Assembly (NCBI GenBank): GCA_965240325.2
Contig: OZ251228.1
Coordinates: forward strand, 186,001 to 250,000
DNA: 64,000 nucleotides
DNA from: Rebecca billardiae RCC1528
Taxonomy: Eukaryota; Protista; Haptophyta
Reading direction: 5' to 3'
The translations under genes and the position numbers were made by a program. Each line of letters opens with the position of its first letter. Position 1 is the first letter of the stretch. Below the pieces are notes generated by a model, which was not told where the DNA came from, ran no database searches, and saw nothing but the letters and a program-made list of their open reading frames with translations. Below are positions 22,035 through 34,869 of the stretch, in pieces.

Positions 22035-24610
22035 TGTCGGCCTCGTTCTTGCGTCACGACTCACGCGTCCTCAAGTCACCTTGCCGCGCTGCACTGCGCA
22101 GACGAAGATCGCGAGCAGAATGATCTCAGATGACGAACGCCCCCTCCCTGGTATTAGTTTGGCGGCGGTCTTAGGAGTATTGAACCATCAAGGGCCCTTG
22201 ATTGATTGAAACATCGTGTCCCGCGCCCGCGCGCGCGCCGGTGCCGCGCCTACAGTTAAAGTATTCCCGCCAGTTACCTTATTAGCAGTATTAGCTCAGG
22301 TGCGCAGTTTAAATTCCCCTTTATAACGGGCTCCGGGTGATCAGACTGGCGGCCGAAGCCTCCAGCCCTACCCTGGCCAGCCCCCAACCAACCACCACCC
22401 TCACCCAACCTCAAACCACTGACCGATACACCCATCTTATAAAAATATAAAGGCAGTTGTGTAGGGTCAAAACCGAAAACGTGCATGTTTGATTTAACTG
22501 AAATCTGAGACGCCGGAGCGGCGGCGCGTTCAAGTTGGTTCAAGGCGTGCCCGTGCAGCGCCTTGAACCAAGGGCCGTGCTTGAACGGCATAGCCGGACT
22601 CCGCTCGTTCAGGCGTCGGGCCACTACCCCCATACCGGTGGCCTCCAGACCTCAGGATTAAACAGCGGGGGCCTGGCGGCCTTGTCCCGGTGGGGCTGGT
22701 CGAACACAGCGCGTCTAGGACGCGACGGAGCTTCCCATGGCCGGCAGACCCGACGACGATGGGACGAGTTGGCCGTAGTTCAGCGCTGTAGAACGGTATC
22801 ATCCGGTGGCGCGCCACCGTCGCGCGTGCCGGATTACCGCCAGGCGCGGCAGCGCGGCACTTCTGCAGTTCTGCAAGGCCCACCGAGGCGCACGGCGAGG
22901 CGCGCGTCGATGCAGTCGTCGCTGCGCACGGCCGCTCGGGCACGACGGCACGGCAACGGCACGCACCGCGGATGGCCCACCGGTCTGCAGGCGCGGGGCA
23001 ACTGCAGGCGCGGGGCGAGCGGCGCAGGCCGGCAGGGCACAACCGACTGCCAGCGTAGACTCCTGCAGCCGTCGCTGAGCACGGCCCGTCGGGCACGACG
23101 TGGTACGAGCGGCTCGCGTCGGTGTGCATGTTGTGTTGTGCAGCTCGCGCCGGCGGGCACGCACCTCCGCGATGGCGCCGCGAGCCGCGGGCGGCGCGGG
23201 TGACGGACGAGCCAGGGCGCCGTAGTAGTCGGGCAAGTCGGCGAGCGGGTGGCTAGTATGGTAGGCTTGTGGTACGAGCTTCTCCATGAGCCCGTTCGTG
23301 CACGTCATCTGATGCGGTTGCGGCTGCTTGATCGCCGCCACGTGCCGCTGGATCTCCGCCAGATTGGCGCAGTTCCTCGCGACGCCGACGATGGCATCTG
23401 GCGCTGGGTACAGGCGGAGGCCCGCGGAGCTCAGATCCTCGTTGCGCGCATGTGTGCGAGCGCGAGTGCCGGCAGCGTCGTCGAGCCACGCCGGCTTGCG
23501 TGTCGCGCGCGGCCTTATTCGCCTCCTGCAGCAGCGCGCGCTCGTCCGTCATACTCAATCGTGTGTGCCGAGCGCACGCGGCGCGGCGGCGAAAGCACTC
23601 GTGCGTCGCGGTTCCTCGACTTGGGGAGCGGATGGTCGTAGAAAAGCGTCAACAAATAGGTGGGAATCGCAACGATATCCCTATGGCGCGCGCTCAAAAA
23701 GGTAATGACATGGGTTCTCGATTCCCGAGGCGTGCCCAATCAAAAAACGTTTGAGGCCCATTGTTCGTATTCCTACTCCGGTATTACTTTCCCCAGCAGT
23801 ACGTCACACACAATTGAAGGGGGTCGGAGCGGAGCTGGGTCTCCCAGGGCTTTGTCACGAATTAAAATTGTTTAAAGCTGTGTTCACCAGAATTCTGGGA
23901 AACTCGGAAATTCAAAACCCGCCGCGTGCGCCGCGTGCGCCGCCACAGCCATCCGCCGCGAGGCGCCGCCCGCTGCCGCGCCGCCGCGGTCGTAGACGTG
24001 CACGACGCGGCGATGGCGCACGCGGTCGGGCACTGGAGGCATAGAGCCGCCTTTCTTTCTGCGCCGCCCTGCCCCGGGCGACTCGCGTCTGCCCATCCGC
24101 TTCTCCGCGCCTTGATTGAGCCCGCACGGACGTGTGCGCCGCGCCCCTCTCGGCCCTCGCTTCAGCAGTGCTGTCATAGTAATAAACTACCCTGCTTTAT
24201 GACCGCGTTCCGCGGTCCTCTTCCGTCAGAACCAACGTAGTTGGGGGCCCGCGGTGCAGCTGTGCCACCCACTCCGTCACGGCACACTGCTAAGCCTCGC
24301 CGCCGCGTCGATGCCCGGAGTGCGTGAGCCGTAAGCTACTTGTAAGTAACTGCAACGGGGCCGCTGCGCGCGCCCGCCGGTCGGCCGCCGCGGCGGTGTG
24401 ACCGACGGGGCCGCGGAGCGCGAGGGCGACTGCGAGCACCCGGGCGAGAGGGGAGCTTGGGCAAGCGAGATGGCCGGGGTGGCTGCTCCACATCCCGACA
24501 GAACGGCCAAGACTACCCGCTCGCACCGCCACGCCGCGACTCTGCGGATCCGAATCAGGCGAACCGGGGCTCCACCAGCAGATCCGAGGCGCGGCACGGA
24601 GTGAAGTTAA

Positions 24611-25688
24611 CGGATATCCCACCGCAACAGATAGGATCGATCTGATCCTACATATGGCATCATAGGATGAGTTCCCCAGAGCGCCAGCGGCTCAGTTTTG
24701 CGCATACGATCATCGGTGTTGCTATATCGTACATACAACTCCACCGGCTGTCGACACACACCATCTCCGCCTGCCGCCACTGCCACGGCGGTCGCGCGCG
24801 CGCGCGCGCGACCGCCGCCGCGCGCACGCGCGCGATCCTATGCCATAGGATCCGCGCCAGGGACGGCTACATAGGATCGGCATGACAGCGTCAGTTGCTC
24901 GCCCCTGGCAGCCGAGCGGCGACCCTGGGCACGGACGGCGCCGGCGAGTGCTCGCACCGGATGCCCGCGCTGCCGCCCGCACCGCCGCCCACGCCGCCAG
25001 GCGCGTTGCTGCCCGTGGCACACCGATTCTGGGGCGGGGCGAAGAGAGGGCGCAACCGCCATCGTGCGTGCGGCCACGGACCTCCCACGATGGTGGCGGC
25101 CGTCCTTGTGGACCACGAGCCCACGAATCCAACATGCGTGTCTACAGGTGCGATACCATCCACGCACGCGGCATGGCAAGATGTTCCGGCTACCTCCGAG
25201 GCTTGCTCTACATGCGCGCCGATGCTCGATCGCAACCACCTGACGACGCGAGCGACCCGCAGCGGCTTGCGCGCGCAGCCCCGGCGTGACGTACAATGCC
25301 ATGCTTGGCGAGGACCAAAACGCATTGTGGATGAACCTGGTACGGCTCCGGTCGAACACAGTGAACCACGATGTGTGAGCATCAAGCTGGGTGTCATCTA
25401 CAAGTGCCACATGTCGGTCGGCGTTGCCGCCGTGGATGGAGTCGCAAGTCGGCAGCGACCGCGACGGCTTCACGCGCTCCATCCGTGGAGCCCAAAACAT
25501 GCGGTGGTGGTCGAAAATCACAACAAGCTCGCTCTGGCGGATGGTGGCGACACTGCTACCGACCCCTAGGTGCAGTCGTACCATTCGGCAACTTGAGAAA
25601 ATGTCGTCTGCTGAGTCGTCCCTGGGGCCATCCCGCTATGCCATAGGATTCGGAATCGGCATGGGATCGGATCGCAGTGGGATATCCT
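24611..25688. mobile_element. Kolobok-like non-autonomous element with TTAA TSD
   Basis: TTAA|CGGATATCCCACCGC ... GCAGTGGGATATCCT|TTAA. Repeated subterminal ATAGGAT motifs. Confidence 0.75.
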
Positions 25689-26007
25689 TTAACTCGTCCT
25701 CGACGTACTTGTTCAGCTGCGCGGCGTGCGGCGTGGCGCGCGGCGTGGCGCGCGCGGGCGCGCGCATGGTCGGCTGGAAACACGACAGCGAGAAACGCGC
25801 CGCTCGCTCCCACGCGCCACGCGCTTTTACGCACCCGCAGAAATATCACACACGAGTCAAGCACGGACTCTGCACAATACGAGCCGCGTCCGACGAGGAA
25901 CCCGCACTGGGCCGAAGGGGCATCGGCAGGGCGGGGCGCGCGGGGTGAGCGGGGCACGAAAGCGACGCCGATGACCGTCGGGACCAGCCGCAGCCGCGCG
26001 CACCTGC

Positions 26008-27943
26008 CTATGTGCGAATCAAGGCCTATATGGCCGGCCATGACCGATGATATTGGCCGCTAGGCGGCCATGGCCGATGGTTAGCGGTCGACCAGCCATC
26101 TCTGGCCGATGGGTATTGGCCGATGGCCGTCATCCGGTGGCCGGACCGCCGAGGCCGCGCCGGACGCCCGGACGGCACGGCCACGGCGCCGGCGCGTGGC
26201 CGCGCGTGCGCACGCCGCGCGGGCTGCAGCACTGTCCGACTCTGCACGGTCGTAGTCCGAGAGGGCTGCCCCGGGGCTCGGCCGACCCAACTGGTGGACT
26301 TGATGAGCCCCATCAGCGGCGGTCTCGACCGAGCTAGTGGCAGGTGTGTGTGTGTGTGTGTGAGTGTGTGTCGGTTAATCTGATATCGATCATCAATTAT
26401 TAAGCTATACAGGTCTACGACTATGTCTATTGTATTCTGCGCGCCGGCCCGGAGAGTGAAGGACGCGAGATGCAGGCGGCGAGCCCGGCGCCGACTCCGA
26501 CGAGGGCGAGTCAGCGGCCGCACCCGCGCCCGCGACCGCGCCCACGCCCGCGCCCACGACCCCTACTTCTGCCACGGCTCGCGCTTGCACTGCCGCAGCA
26601 GCGCTGCTGCATCGTCTGCCGACGCTGCGACTGCGGCAGCCTCTCAGCGGCGAGCGGAAGAGCGGTGGCTGCCGCAGCGCAGTAGTCGGCTGCAAGCAGC
26701 TTATTCTGCGACGAGATCATGCCCAGACAGAGTCAAGCCGACCTCGTTGGGGTACTACCATACGTTCTGCCTTCGGAGTGGTGAATAATATATATATTAC
26801 GCCGAAAAACAAATAAATTATGAATGAATATAATGAATATATATATATATATATATCGTCCTTTATTAATTTATTCGTCGTAGTCGGCCACTGGCCGATG
26901 AACGGGCGAAAGTGGGCATCCTGTGGCCGACGGGTTGGCCGACGCCCGTCGCTGTGTGCGAATCAAGCCTCGACGGGCGTCGGCCAACCCGTCGGCCACA
27001 GGATGCCCACTTTCGCCCGTTCATCGGCCAGTGGCCGACTACGACGAATAAATTAATAAAGGACGATATATATATATATATATATTCATTATATTCACTC
27101 ATAATTTATTTGTTTTTCGGCGTAATATATATTATTCACCACTCCGAAGGCAGAACGTATGGTAGTACCCCAACGAGGTCGGCTTGACTCTGTCTGGGCA
27201 TGATCTCGTCGCAGAATAAGCTGCTTGCAGCCGACTACTGCGCTGCGGCAGCCACCGCTCTTCCGCTCGCCGCTGAGAGGCTGCCGCAGTCGCAGCGTCG
27301 GCAGACGATGCAGCAGCGCTGCTGCGGCAGTGCAAGCGCGAGCGAGCCGTGGCAGAAGTAGGGGTCGTGGGCGCGGGCGTGGGCGCGGTCGCGGGCGCGG
27401 GTGCGGCCGCTGACTCGCCCTCGTCGGAGTCGGCGCCGGGCTCGCCGCCTGCATCTCGCGTCCTTCACTCTCCGGGCCGGCGCGCAGAATACAATAGACA
27501 TAGTCGTAGACCTGTAGCTTAATAATTGATGATCGATATATCAGATTAACCGACACACACTCACACACACACACACACACCTGCCACTAGCTCGGTCGAG
27601 ACCGCCGCTGATGGGGCTCATCAAGTCCACCAGTTGGGTCGGCCGAGCCCCGGGGCAGCCCTCTCGGACTACGACCGTGCAGAGTCGGACAGTGCTGCAG
27701 CCCGCGCGGCGTGCGCACGCGCGGCCACGCGCCGGCGCCGTGGCCGTGCCGTCCGGGCGTCCGGCGCGGCCTCGGCGGTCCGGCCACCGGATGACGGCCA
27801 TCGGCCAATACCCATCGGCCAGAGATGGCTGGTCGACCGCTAACCATCGGCCATGGCCGCCTAGCGGCCAATATCATCGGTCATGGCCGGCCATAGGCCT
27901 TGATTCGCACATAGGGCCCCGTCGAGGCTTGATTCGCACACAG
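26008..27943 (+). mobile_element. TIR element (~960 bp) with 8-bp TSD GCACCTGC, containing an inverted copy of itself
   Basis: TIRs CTATGTGCGAATCAAGGCCT / AGGCTTGATTCGCACACAG. TSD at 26000-26007 and 27944-27951. Confidence 0.85.
26952..27914 (-). mobile_element. Second complete copy of the same element, inserted in reverse next to the right TIR of the first
   Basis: Begins CTGTGTGCGAATCAAGCCT and ends AGGCCTTGATTCGCACATAG. Flanks GCCCGTCG / GGCCCCGTCG. Confidence 0.8.
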
Positions 27944-28906
27944 GCACCTGCGCCGTGAGTCCGTCGGATTGAATGAACGCCTCGTCATCGTGCGCAGCGG
28001 CCGCCGCTCCCGGGCCTGGAGCGGCGCCTCCGGCTCGGCTTGCTGAGCAAGTTGCCCTTCGTTCGTCAGCGGGCTCAAAATCTACCGGACCGACGGGCGA
28101 CGGCCGGTATCATTTCTTATGGCGCACGCCCCCCCCCCGAAAGGTCTGAGCGTGAGCGAAAGCCGGGGGGGGGCGGCGCACGTGCTCCGCAAAATCAAAA
28201 AGAGGATGCGCGCAGGATTTTGGGGATTTTTCGGTAGGTGGCCACCGCGTATGAGTGGATATCGCTGCCGCAATGATTGCGTTTGTACTGCCCCTTAATT
28301 TTAACGATAGTAACACTTAGGGGAATGCAGGGTGGAATAGCACATAACACCAGCCGTGTGTTAGAACATTCCGTCATACTAAGATGCCTGAATTGTAAGA
28401 GCCTGAAACAGCTCGCCAACCATAGAAACGATAGGTTGGGTCGTCAGCTTTGATTCACGCGCTTCTGAAAAACAGCGTTTTAGATTAGACGCATCCCTCT
28501 TCTCTTAAGAGAACTGCGCTTCAAAAACACCGTTTCAACGAAAGACGATCGCCCGCCATTCAACTGAAACGAGATTCTGCATAAAGCGAACCAAACATTT
28601 GAATCGGTGGCAATCCAATTCTTGTATTTCAGATGAACGACACAGCCTGAAGGCGAACATTCTCGCTCTCGACCCATATGATCATTTGTTGATGAGGCCT
28701 GAATTCGCTCATCAACAATGATGGCAGCGACGCGATATGGTATTGCGCGGGTAGCTTGAATCGACGTTCCCGCGCGCCCTGGTTCATACGATTATCAAGG
28801 TGGTAAAGTTTTATAATGGTACGAGCTAACGAACCGTCATTTCTGGGCTCTCTGCCTATCTCATCTCTGTCCGTTTTTGGACGGTTGTCGCCTTAATCAC
28901 ATACTC

Positions 28907-29387
28907 AAGGGTCACGAGGGGAGGCGGCCCGACCTTCGCCGGGCCGCTCGCGCCGGGCGCTCCTGCGGCCGTGAGGTCGGGTTGCGGAGGCGGCGCGGGG
29001 CTTGAGCCGTCGCAGAGCCTCCCGGCGCTCCTCGCTGCGCCGCGCGCCCGGGCGCGCCGTCGCAGCTGCGCACGCATGACTCGAAGAGTCGAAGGGTCAC
29101 GAGCTCGGAGAGGCGGCCCGACCTTCGCCGGGCCGCTCGCGCCGGGCGCTCCTGCGGCCGTGAGGTCGGGTTGCGGAGGCGGCGCGGGGCTTGAGCCGTC
29201 GCAGAGCCTCCCGGCGCTCCTCGCTGCGCCGCGCGCCCGGGCGCGCCGTCGCAGCTGCGCACGCATGACTCGAACGGAGTCGAAGGGTCACGAGCTCGGA
29301 GAGGCGGCCCGACCTTCGCCGGGCCGCTCGCGCCGGGCGCTCCTGCGGCCGTGAGGTCGGGTTGCGGAGGCGGCGCGGGGCTTGAGC
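28907..29387. repeat. Tandem repeat, ~186-190-bp unit x ~2.6
   Basis: Units start AAGGGTCACGAG at ~28907, ~29092 and ~29283. Confidence 0.9.
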
Positions 29388-29389
29388 GC

Positions 29390-30710
29390 GGAAGCGGTGG
29401 TGCGAGGCCGGCTCGGCGCGGCGGGGCGCACGCTCGACGCGCGGCAGGCCGAGGCGGTGCGCTCGGCACACGGAGAGACGCCGAGCGCGCTGCACGCCGT
29501 GCTGCTCGCCGACGCGGCGGCGGAGTGGCGCTCGGGCGAGCCGCCGCCCGCGCACCTGCCCGCCGACGCGCGCGCCGCCGTCGCCGCCACCTTCGAGCGC
29601 GTCGAGCGGCTGCACGGCGCGATGCTCGTGCGTGCGGCGCCATCTGCGCGTCGCGCCGCGGCCTCTCGAGTGCCGAGTTGGAGGACTCGCTCCCTCTGCA
29701 CGAGGACGTGCTGGGCGTCCGTGTTCGAGTTCTGGGTGCCGGCGGTGGTGCGGCTGCCCGTGTGGCTCGCCGTGCGCGACGCGCTTGGCTCGCTGCTCGC
29801 CGGCGGCGACGGCCCTTTGCGCTGGTACCACCGTCATCAGGTGGCCGAGGCGGCGGCGGCACGGTGCGCCCGCGCGGCCGACGCGCACGCGCTCGCGGAT
29901 TTCTGGGCTGGCACGTGGGCGGGCGAGGCCGCCAAACCGCTGCGCCACCCGAAGGCCACCGGCGGCGAGGACGGGCGGCGGCGCGTCGCGCCGCAGCCCC
30001 TGCTCCTCTCCGCCGCGCGCCTCGGCCTTCGCCGGCCGCAACGCCGCCGTGCTCAATGTGCGCCGGTGCGAGGAGCTAGTGCAAGCGCTGCTCGCGGCCG
30101 GGCGCGCCGCCGACGCGGCGCGCGAGCTCACCGACGCGGGCGCGGACGGGTGGGAGGCGCGCGCGCGGCACGGCCTCGAGACCAAGTACGTGCGCGACCT
30201 CGCGGACACGGCCGCGGCGCTCGCCGACGCCGACGCGCGCGGCGGCGGCGGCGGCGAGCCGGGCGCGGCCCCGCGCGCGGAGGCTGCAGCGCTGCGCGCG
30301 CGCGTCGCAGACTGGCTGCAGCTCGCGCGGCTGAGCGCCTCCGCCGCCGCCGCGGCGCCGGGCCGCTGCCTCGCGCTGTGCCTCGAGCAGCCGGTTGGCT
30401 CGGCGCCGCACGAGTCCGCGTGGGCGCGGCGCGCGCCGCGCGCCGCGCACCCGGCCGCCCGCGCCAGCTGGGCGCGCGGGCGCGAGCACTGCGCGCGAGC
30501 GCCCCTGCTCGCCGCGCGCGGGCCGTGCGAGGCTGTGCTGCTAGCGCACGCCGGCTGGGTGGAGGCGGTCGCACTCTCGGCCGACGGGCGCGTCGCGGCG
30601 AGCGCGGGCGACGACAGCGACGCGGTCGTGCGGCTGTGGGCGTGGGACACCGCCGAGTCAGAGTGCGTGCGCGCGCTCGAGGGGCACTCCGGCTGCGTGA
30701 AGACTGAATG
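29390..30710 (+). pseudogene. Frameshifted internal fragment of a NACHT-WD40 (NWD1/NWD2/TEP1-like) gene
   Basis: Across frames: EWRS, FERVERLHG, SRRGLSSAELEDSL, VFEFWVPAVVRLP, LRWYHR, LADFWAGTW, RRVAPQPL, NVRRCEEL, then WD40 AHAGWVEAVALSADGRVAASAGDD..VRLW...LEGH. No start codon and no NTPase core. Confidence 0.75.
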
Positions 30711-30839
30711 AAGAGCCGCGACACGGCGCAGCCCCCCGAGGCTGTCGATCGCGCGTCGATTACTCGCGCCCGCGCCTCCTGCACGGCGACGCGCCGGGCG
30801 CGCGCATCGTGATTCGGTGAAGAAGGCTCCAGCCACAGT

Positions 30840-32144
30840 CAGGGACGTCCACTGACCCTATGGGGGGGGTGCATTTAGTCGAACCCCTGGGAGCCAGGGA
30901 GCGATGAGGGTACCAATCGAAAGATCTCCGGGGCGGCGGACGAAGTAACGTAGTCCTCATCGAAGTAATCGACGTCTTCTCACGCCTCGACGTGTTCGAA
31001 GGCGTCGTCACGTCGAACACGGAGGACTCCATCGTGCTGAACTTTTTTTTTCAAGTTCCCGGACTCCAACGGTGAGCTGCGGCCATGTCGGGTGTCGCAG
31101 CCGCGCCCGGCGCGCGGAGACGTCAGCTGGCCAAGCAGATAGAGGACCATCCGACGACGACGGGCTCGCTGACGCGCTCGCGTGGGTGGGACAATGCGCG
31201 CGCATCTCCCAACGAGCGCAGGTACACGGTGACCCTGGCTTGCCCTGGCCATACGGATTGCCGTTGCCCGAAGCACGTCATGGTTGCCGCCAGCACCGTT
31301 CACAAGCGCTTCACGGAGGAAGACGTGCTCCTCGAGCTGCTGGGCAAGCTCGACTCGCACGCCGATTTGAATCCCGTCTGCTTTGCCGCCGTGCTCCACG
31401 CGCAGGGGTGGAAGGAGTGGGATGCTGCGCCTAGGTTTAGCTGTGGTCGACCGAGGAGGAGCCGCATCTCCGGCCGGGGCATTTCTGGCTGTGCGAGCTG
31501 GGCGACGTCAATGGCTCGGGCTCTCCCATCGAGAAGACCTTCGCGCGGCGCGAGACGTACGAGGGCACCCGCTTCGACCAGAGCGAGTCGGTGATCTGCG
31601 TGCGGCGCTGGCTGCACCGCACAGCCGACGATCCAACCGGGCGCACCTTCGTGCACTGGGAGTCGCCGCCGGGCGAGAAGCTGCGCGTCAACTCGAGCGA
31701 GCTGCGCGCTGTCGGCGTCGAGCTGCTCGCGCCCCGGGCCGTGCCGTCAGCTCGCGGAGGCGCGGGCGTGCGCACGAGCTCGCGCTTGGCTGACGGCTCA
31801 GCGAGTTCGCGAGCGCGCCGAGGTGCGGCGGCCGCGGCGGCGGTCAATGCGTCGCTCGATCCAGCACTACGCTACGTCTTGACTAGCGAGGGAGACGCCG
31901 AGATCAGGGCTTTGTGCGAGGCGTCGCATGGTCGTCGCGAGGCGGCGCACAGCTGACGCTGTCAATCGACGCCGCTGCACGGCTCCGGCCCTCAGGCTCA
32001 GCGCCGCATTTGCGGCAGTCTGCGCCCATGCAAATCTGGCGAGTTGGGGCCCCTATTGAGGCGTATTTGGTCCTTCGATGGGCTGGGGGGAGCCCCCCCC
32101 AGACCCCCCCAAATGGTTAAATGCACCCCTGCTGGACGTCCCGG
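30840..32144 (+). mobile_element. TIR element with 5-bp TSD (ACAGT) and internally deleted, frameshifted coding remnant (31085-31956)
   Basis: Both ends carry C(A/C)GGGACGTCCA...GGGGTGCATTTA. ACAGT at 30835-30839 and 32145-32149. Confidence 0.65.
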
Positions 32145-34869
32145 ACAGTGACCAGAGCCAGAACGCGACCGAACTACCAGGGCCGTGCGCCCTCAACTTC
32201 GTTGTTTACTACCCGAAGATCGTCGGCGTAGCCGATCATATATATATATATAGGTTTTGAGCTCAGCGACCCGGCCTATGAAATGGGCCGGGCAACGAAT
32301 AGCTGCGGGCCATTTTTCAATAATAATGTCTCGCACTATTGGAGTTGGTGAGAGTCGTTCTTGCGGCGACGAGGCCATATGTCTTTTTACGATGGTCGTA
32401 ACACATGAACGAGAGTCTACCCACAATTACCCAGCAGTCTCGTCCACTTGGGCGTGGCCGTGGCCGTGGGTTTCGTTGATTCCTCTGAGTCTGAATACGC
32501 AAACAAGCCGGACGTGCCCATTTTGGTGCCTAATGCATGCTGAAAGGGGGTCTCAAAATTCGAAACTCGGTCTCCTCCAGCCCTGAAATTCGTCCGCCCC
32601 CGTCCCTTTTTTCTTGATCAAAGATCTTTTTGAAACGTGGTTAGGGCCCGCACTGCGGGCTCCACGCTGCGCGCTCCGCCCTGCACCGCGGGCCATAATA
32701 ACGTCGTCGGGCCGTCCGGCCGCATTGCGTTAATCTGAGGTGGGCCGAAACGAGTGTTTGGCAGACGTCGAGAAAAAAATATGGCCGCCCCTGATTGGCT
32801 GAGGCTTTAACACCCTTCAATAGCGCTCGAGAGCGCAAGATTCCCGTAATAGGGAGGTCCGCAGGGACTCTTCAATCTTCCCATCGTCGCGCTTCGAGGA
32901 CCAGCTCCAGCTCCGCCTTCCGACCGAAGGGAGGTGAAGCTGGCGCCCTGGCCTTTCCCGGTCGAACACCTGCTCGCTACTACAGCTCGGGCTGCGGTCC
33001 GAACACGGCGTGGCAGAATGGCGCCAAGCAGTAAGGTGATGGACGCGGCCGGGCGTTGACCGTTGCCCAAGACCGGCGGGTGCTGCGCGGTAAATTGCTC
33101 GTGCGCGGCGGGCCGGTCAGTTGGAGTCCGCGCTCCGCAGCGCGGAGCACGTGAAGCGAACAGAGTGTCCGCAGCCACAGATGCGGTGGTCAGCTCATGC
33201 AGGTTCGTGATCAACCAGTTCTCGCGCGGCCATCAACACCGCCACGCCCTGCCCCTGATCATCTCGTCGCTCGAGAACCCGCGCGAGCGGGAAATGGATG
33301 GGTCGGGCATGGCGGGCATCGAGTCCTACCTCTTCTTGCAGTGCTCCCTGCAGCCGCAGTCACTGCTCGACAGCATGGGTGGTGCAGTCAGGTCGGGAGC
33401 ACCGTCAGAGCCCATTGCCTTGCCAAGGCTGGTGTACTTTGACCGAAGCCACTTCTGCGCGGAGGCGGCTGGTGACGCCATCATTGCCAAGTGCGCCGGC
33501 CGCGAGTCACATTCAACACCGACGACGAGGCGAGGCGTGGAAGAAGCTGCGGTGGCTGCTGCTGTACAGGTCCGGGGTGCCCAAGACTAGGGCGATAACG
33601 GCCATCGAACGGTGCTGCCCGGTGAGAACGTGCTCCGATGATCATCCGATGATCATAGTGTCTGTGCGCCGCGCCAGGCACCCCCGCCGCGGCACTATTC
33701 TCGTGCAGTGCTGCCCGGCGGTGAGAACGTGCTCTGATAATCATAATAGCAGTCTGCGTCTGTGCGCCGCCGGGCACCGCCACTTTTCCCGTGCAGCGTC
33801 GAGCTAGTGGTTTTTAGATCCGTGCGCCCACGACGTAGTGCGCTGGCGTCGGGCTCCGCGCAACGGCCACTCGGCTGAGGCCGACCCAGAATAGCGGGCT
33901 CATCCGATTCGATCCTCACTCATATGTCTCATCGGAGTCACTTCGATCTTCCGTTTCAATCACCATGCATGCCGTAGTCGTATAGTCGTGTATATTCCTG
34001 ACAGGCTCATCAGCGCCTGCGGCCCTACGGTTGTGAATAGTACGCGTAGTACTGGGGCAGGGCACCCGGCGCGGAGTGACTCGGCGCGTGTGCCGTGACC
34101 GGCGGCGGCCCGCGGCGTCACGGCGTGCCTCACCCGGCGCGCGTGCCGACCGGCGGCGGCCCGCGGCGTCACGGCGTGCCTCGCATGGCATCAGATTCAG
34201 ACAGCAGCAGACTAAATACGGTGACTCTGCTGCAGTGTAAGGCGGTTCTCCGCCACGCTGATCGAGTGATCGAGCACGTGCTTGCTTCCCGGCGAGCGGC
34301 GCGGGCGGCGGCGACGGGATCATAATCACATCACAGTGTCTAGTGTCAGCAGCTATACTGACGATTACTGTCGTCTCGTCATACTGTAGTACGCAGCTCG
34401 TCAGTCAACGCCTGCTGGCGGCTCGTCAGTCGACGCCTGCTGGCGGCGCTCACCACGACTCACACCAGGCTTACTCCGACGATTGGCATCAGCATAGTAG
34501 ATCAATCATGCAGCGTCGGAGTTCGTCACTACGTCGACGCGGCCGGGGACTCGGACAGCCGCCATATAACTACATAGTAGTTGTTAGACTTACTCGGCGG
34601 AGTCAGAGTCGTCGGAGACGAAAGTTACGGCGGCTGGACGCACTCATCAGTGTCGATCGACAATTGACGACATCCGACCATATCATAATTATCAACGGCG
34701 CGGGCAGCACGGTCTGACTCTGACAACCATTCAGGCGGGCATTGCCGGGTTGCACCCGGCAATGCTGCATTCACCCCGGTCCTACCGGAATGCAGGGCTC
34801 GCCCCGCTGGCCGCTCCGTGACCGTCAGCGCCGCGCGCCACACAGGCCACCACGACTTCATTATCATCA

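Larger units (their letters stand above)
24200..32695 (-). mobile_element. Helitron2/Helentron-like element, copy 2 (8.5 kb including nested TEs, tandem repeats and a captured NACHT-WD40 fragment)
   Basis: Hairpin at 24201-24217. Perfect 14-bp asymmetric IR GGCCCGCGGTGCAG at 24246-24259 / 32681-32694. Both ends homologous to copy 1. Confidence 0.55.

Noticed and set aside
22440-23700. Coding-like minus-strand pieces (MTDERALLQEANKAARD..., NCANLAEIQRHVAAIKQ...)
   Set aside because: Broken by stops and frameshifts, no recognisable family, and element ends could not be defined.
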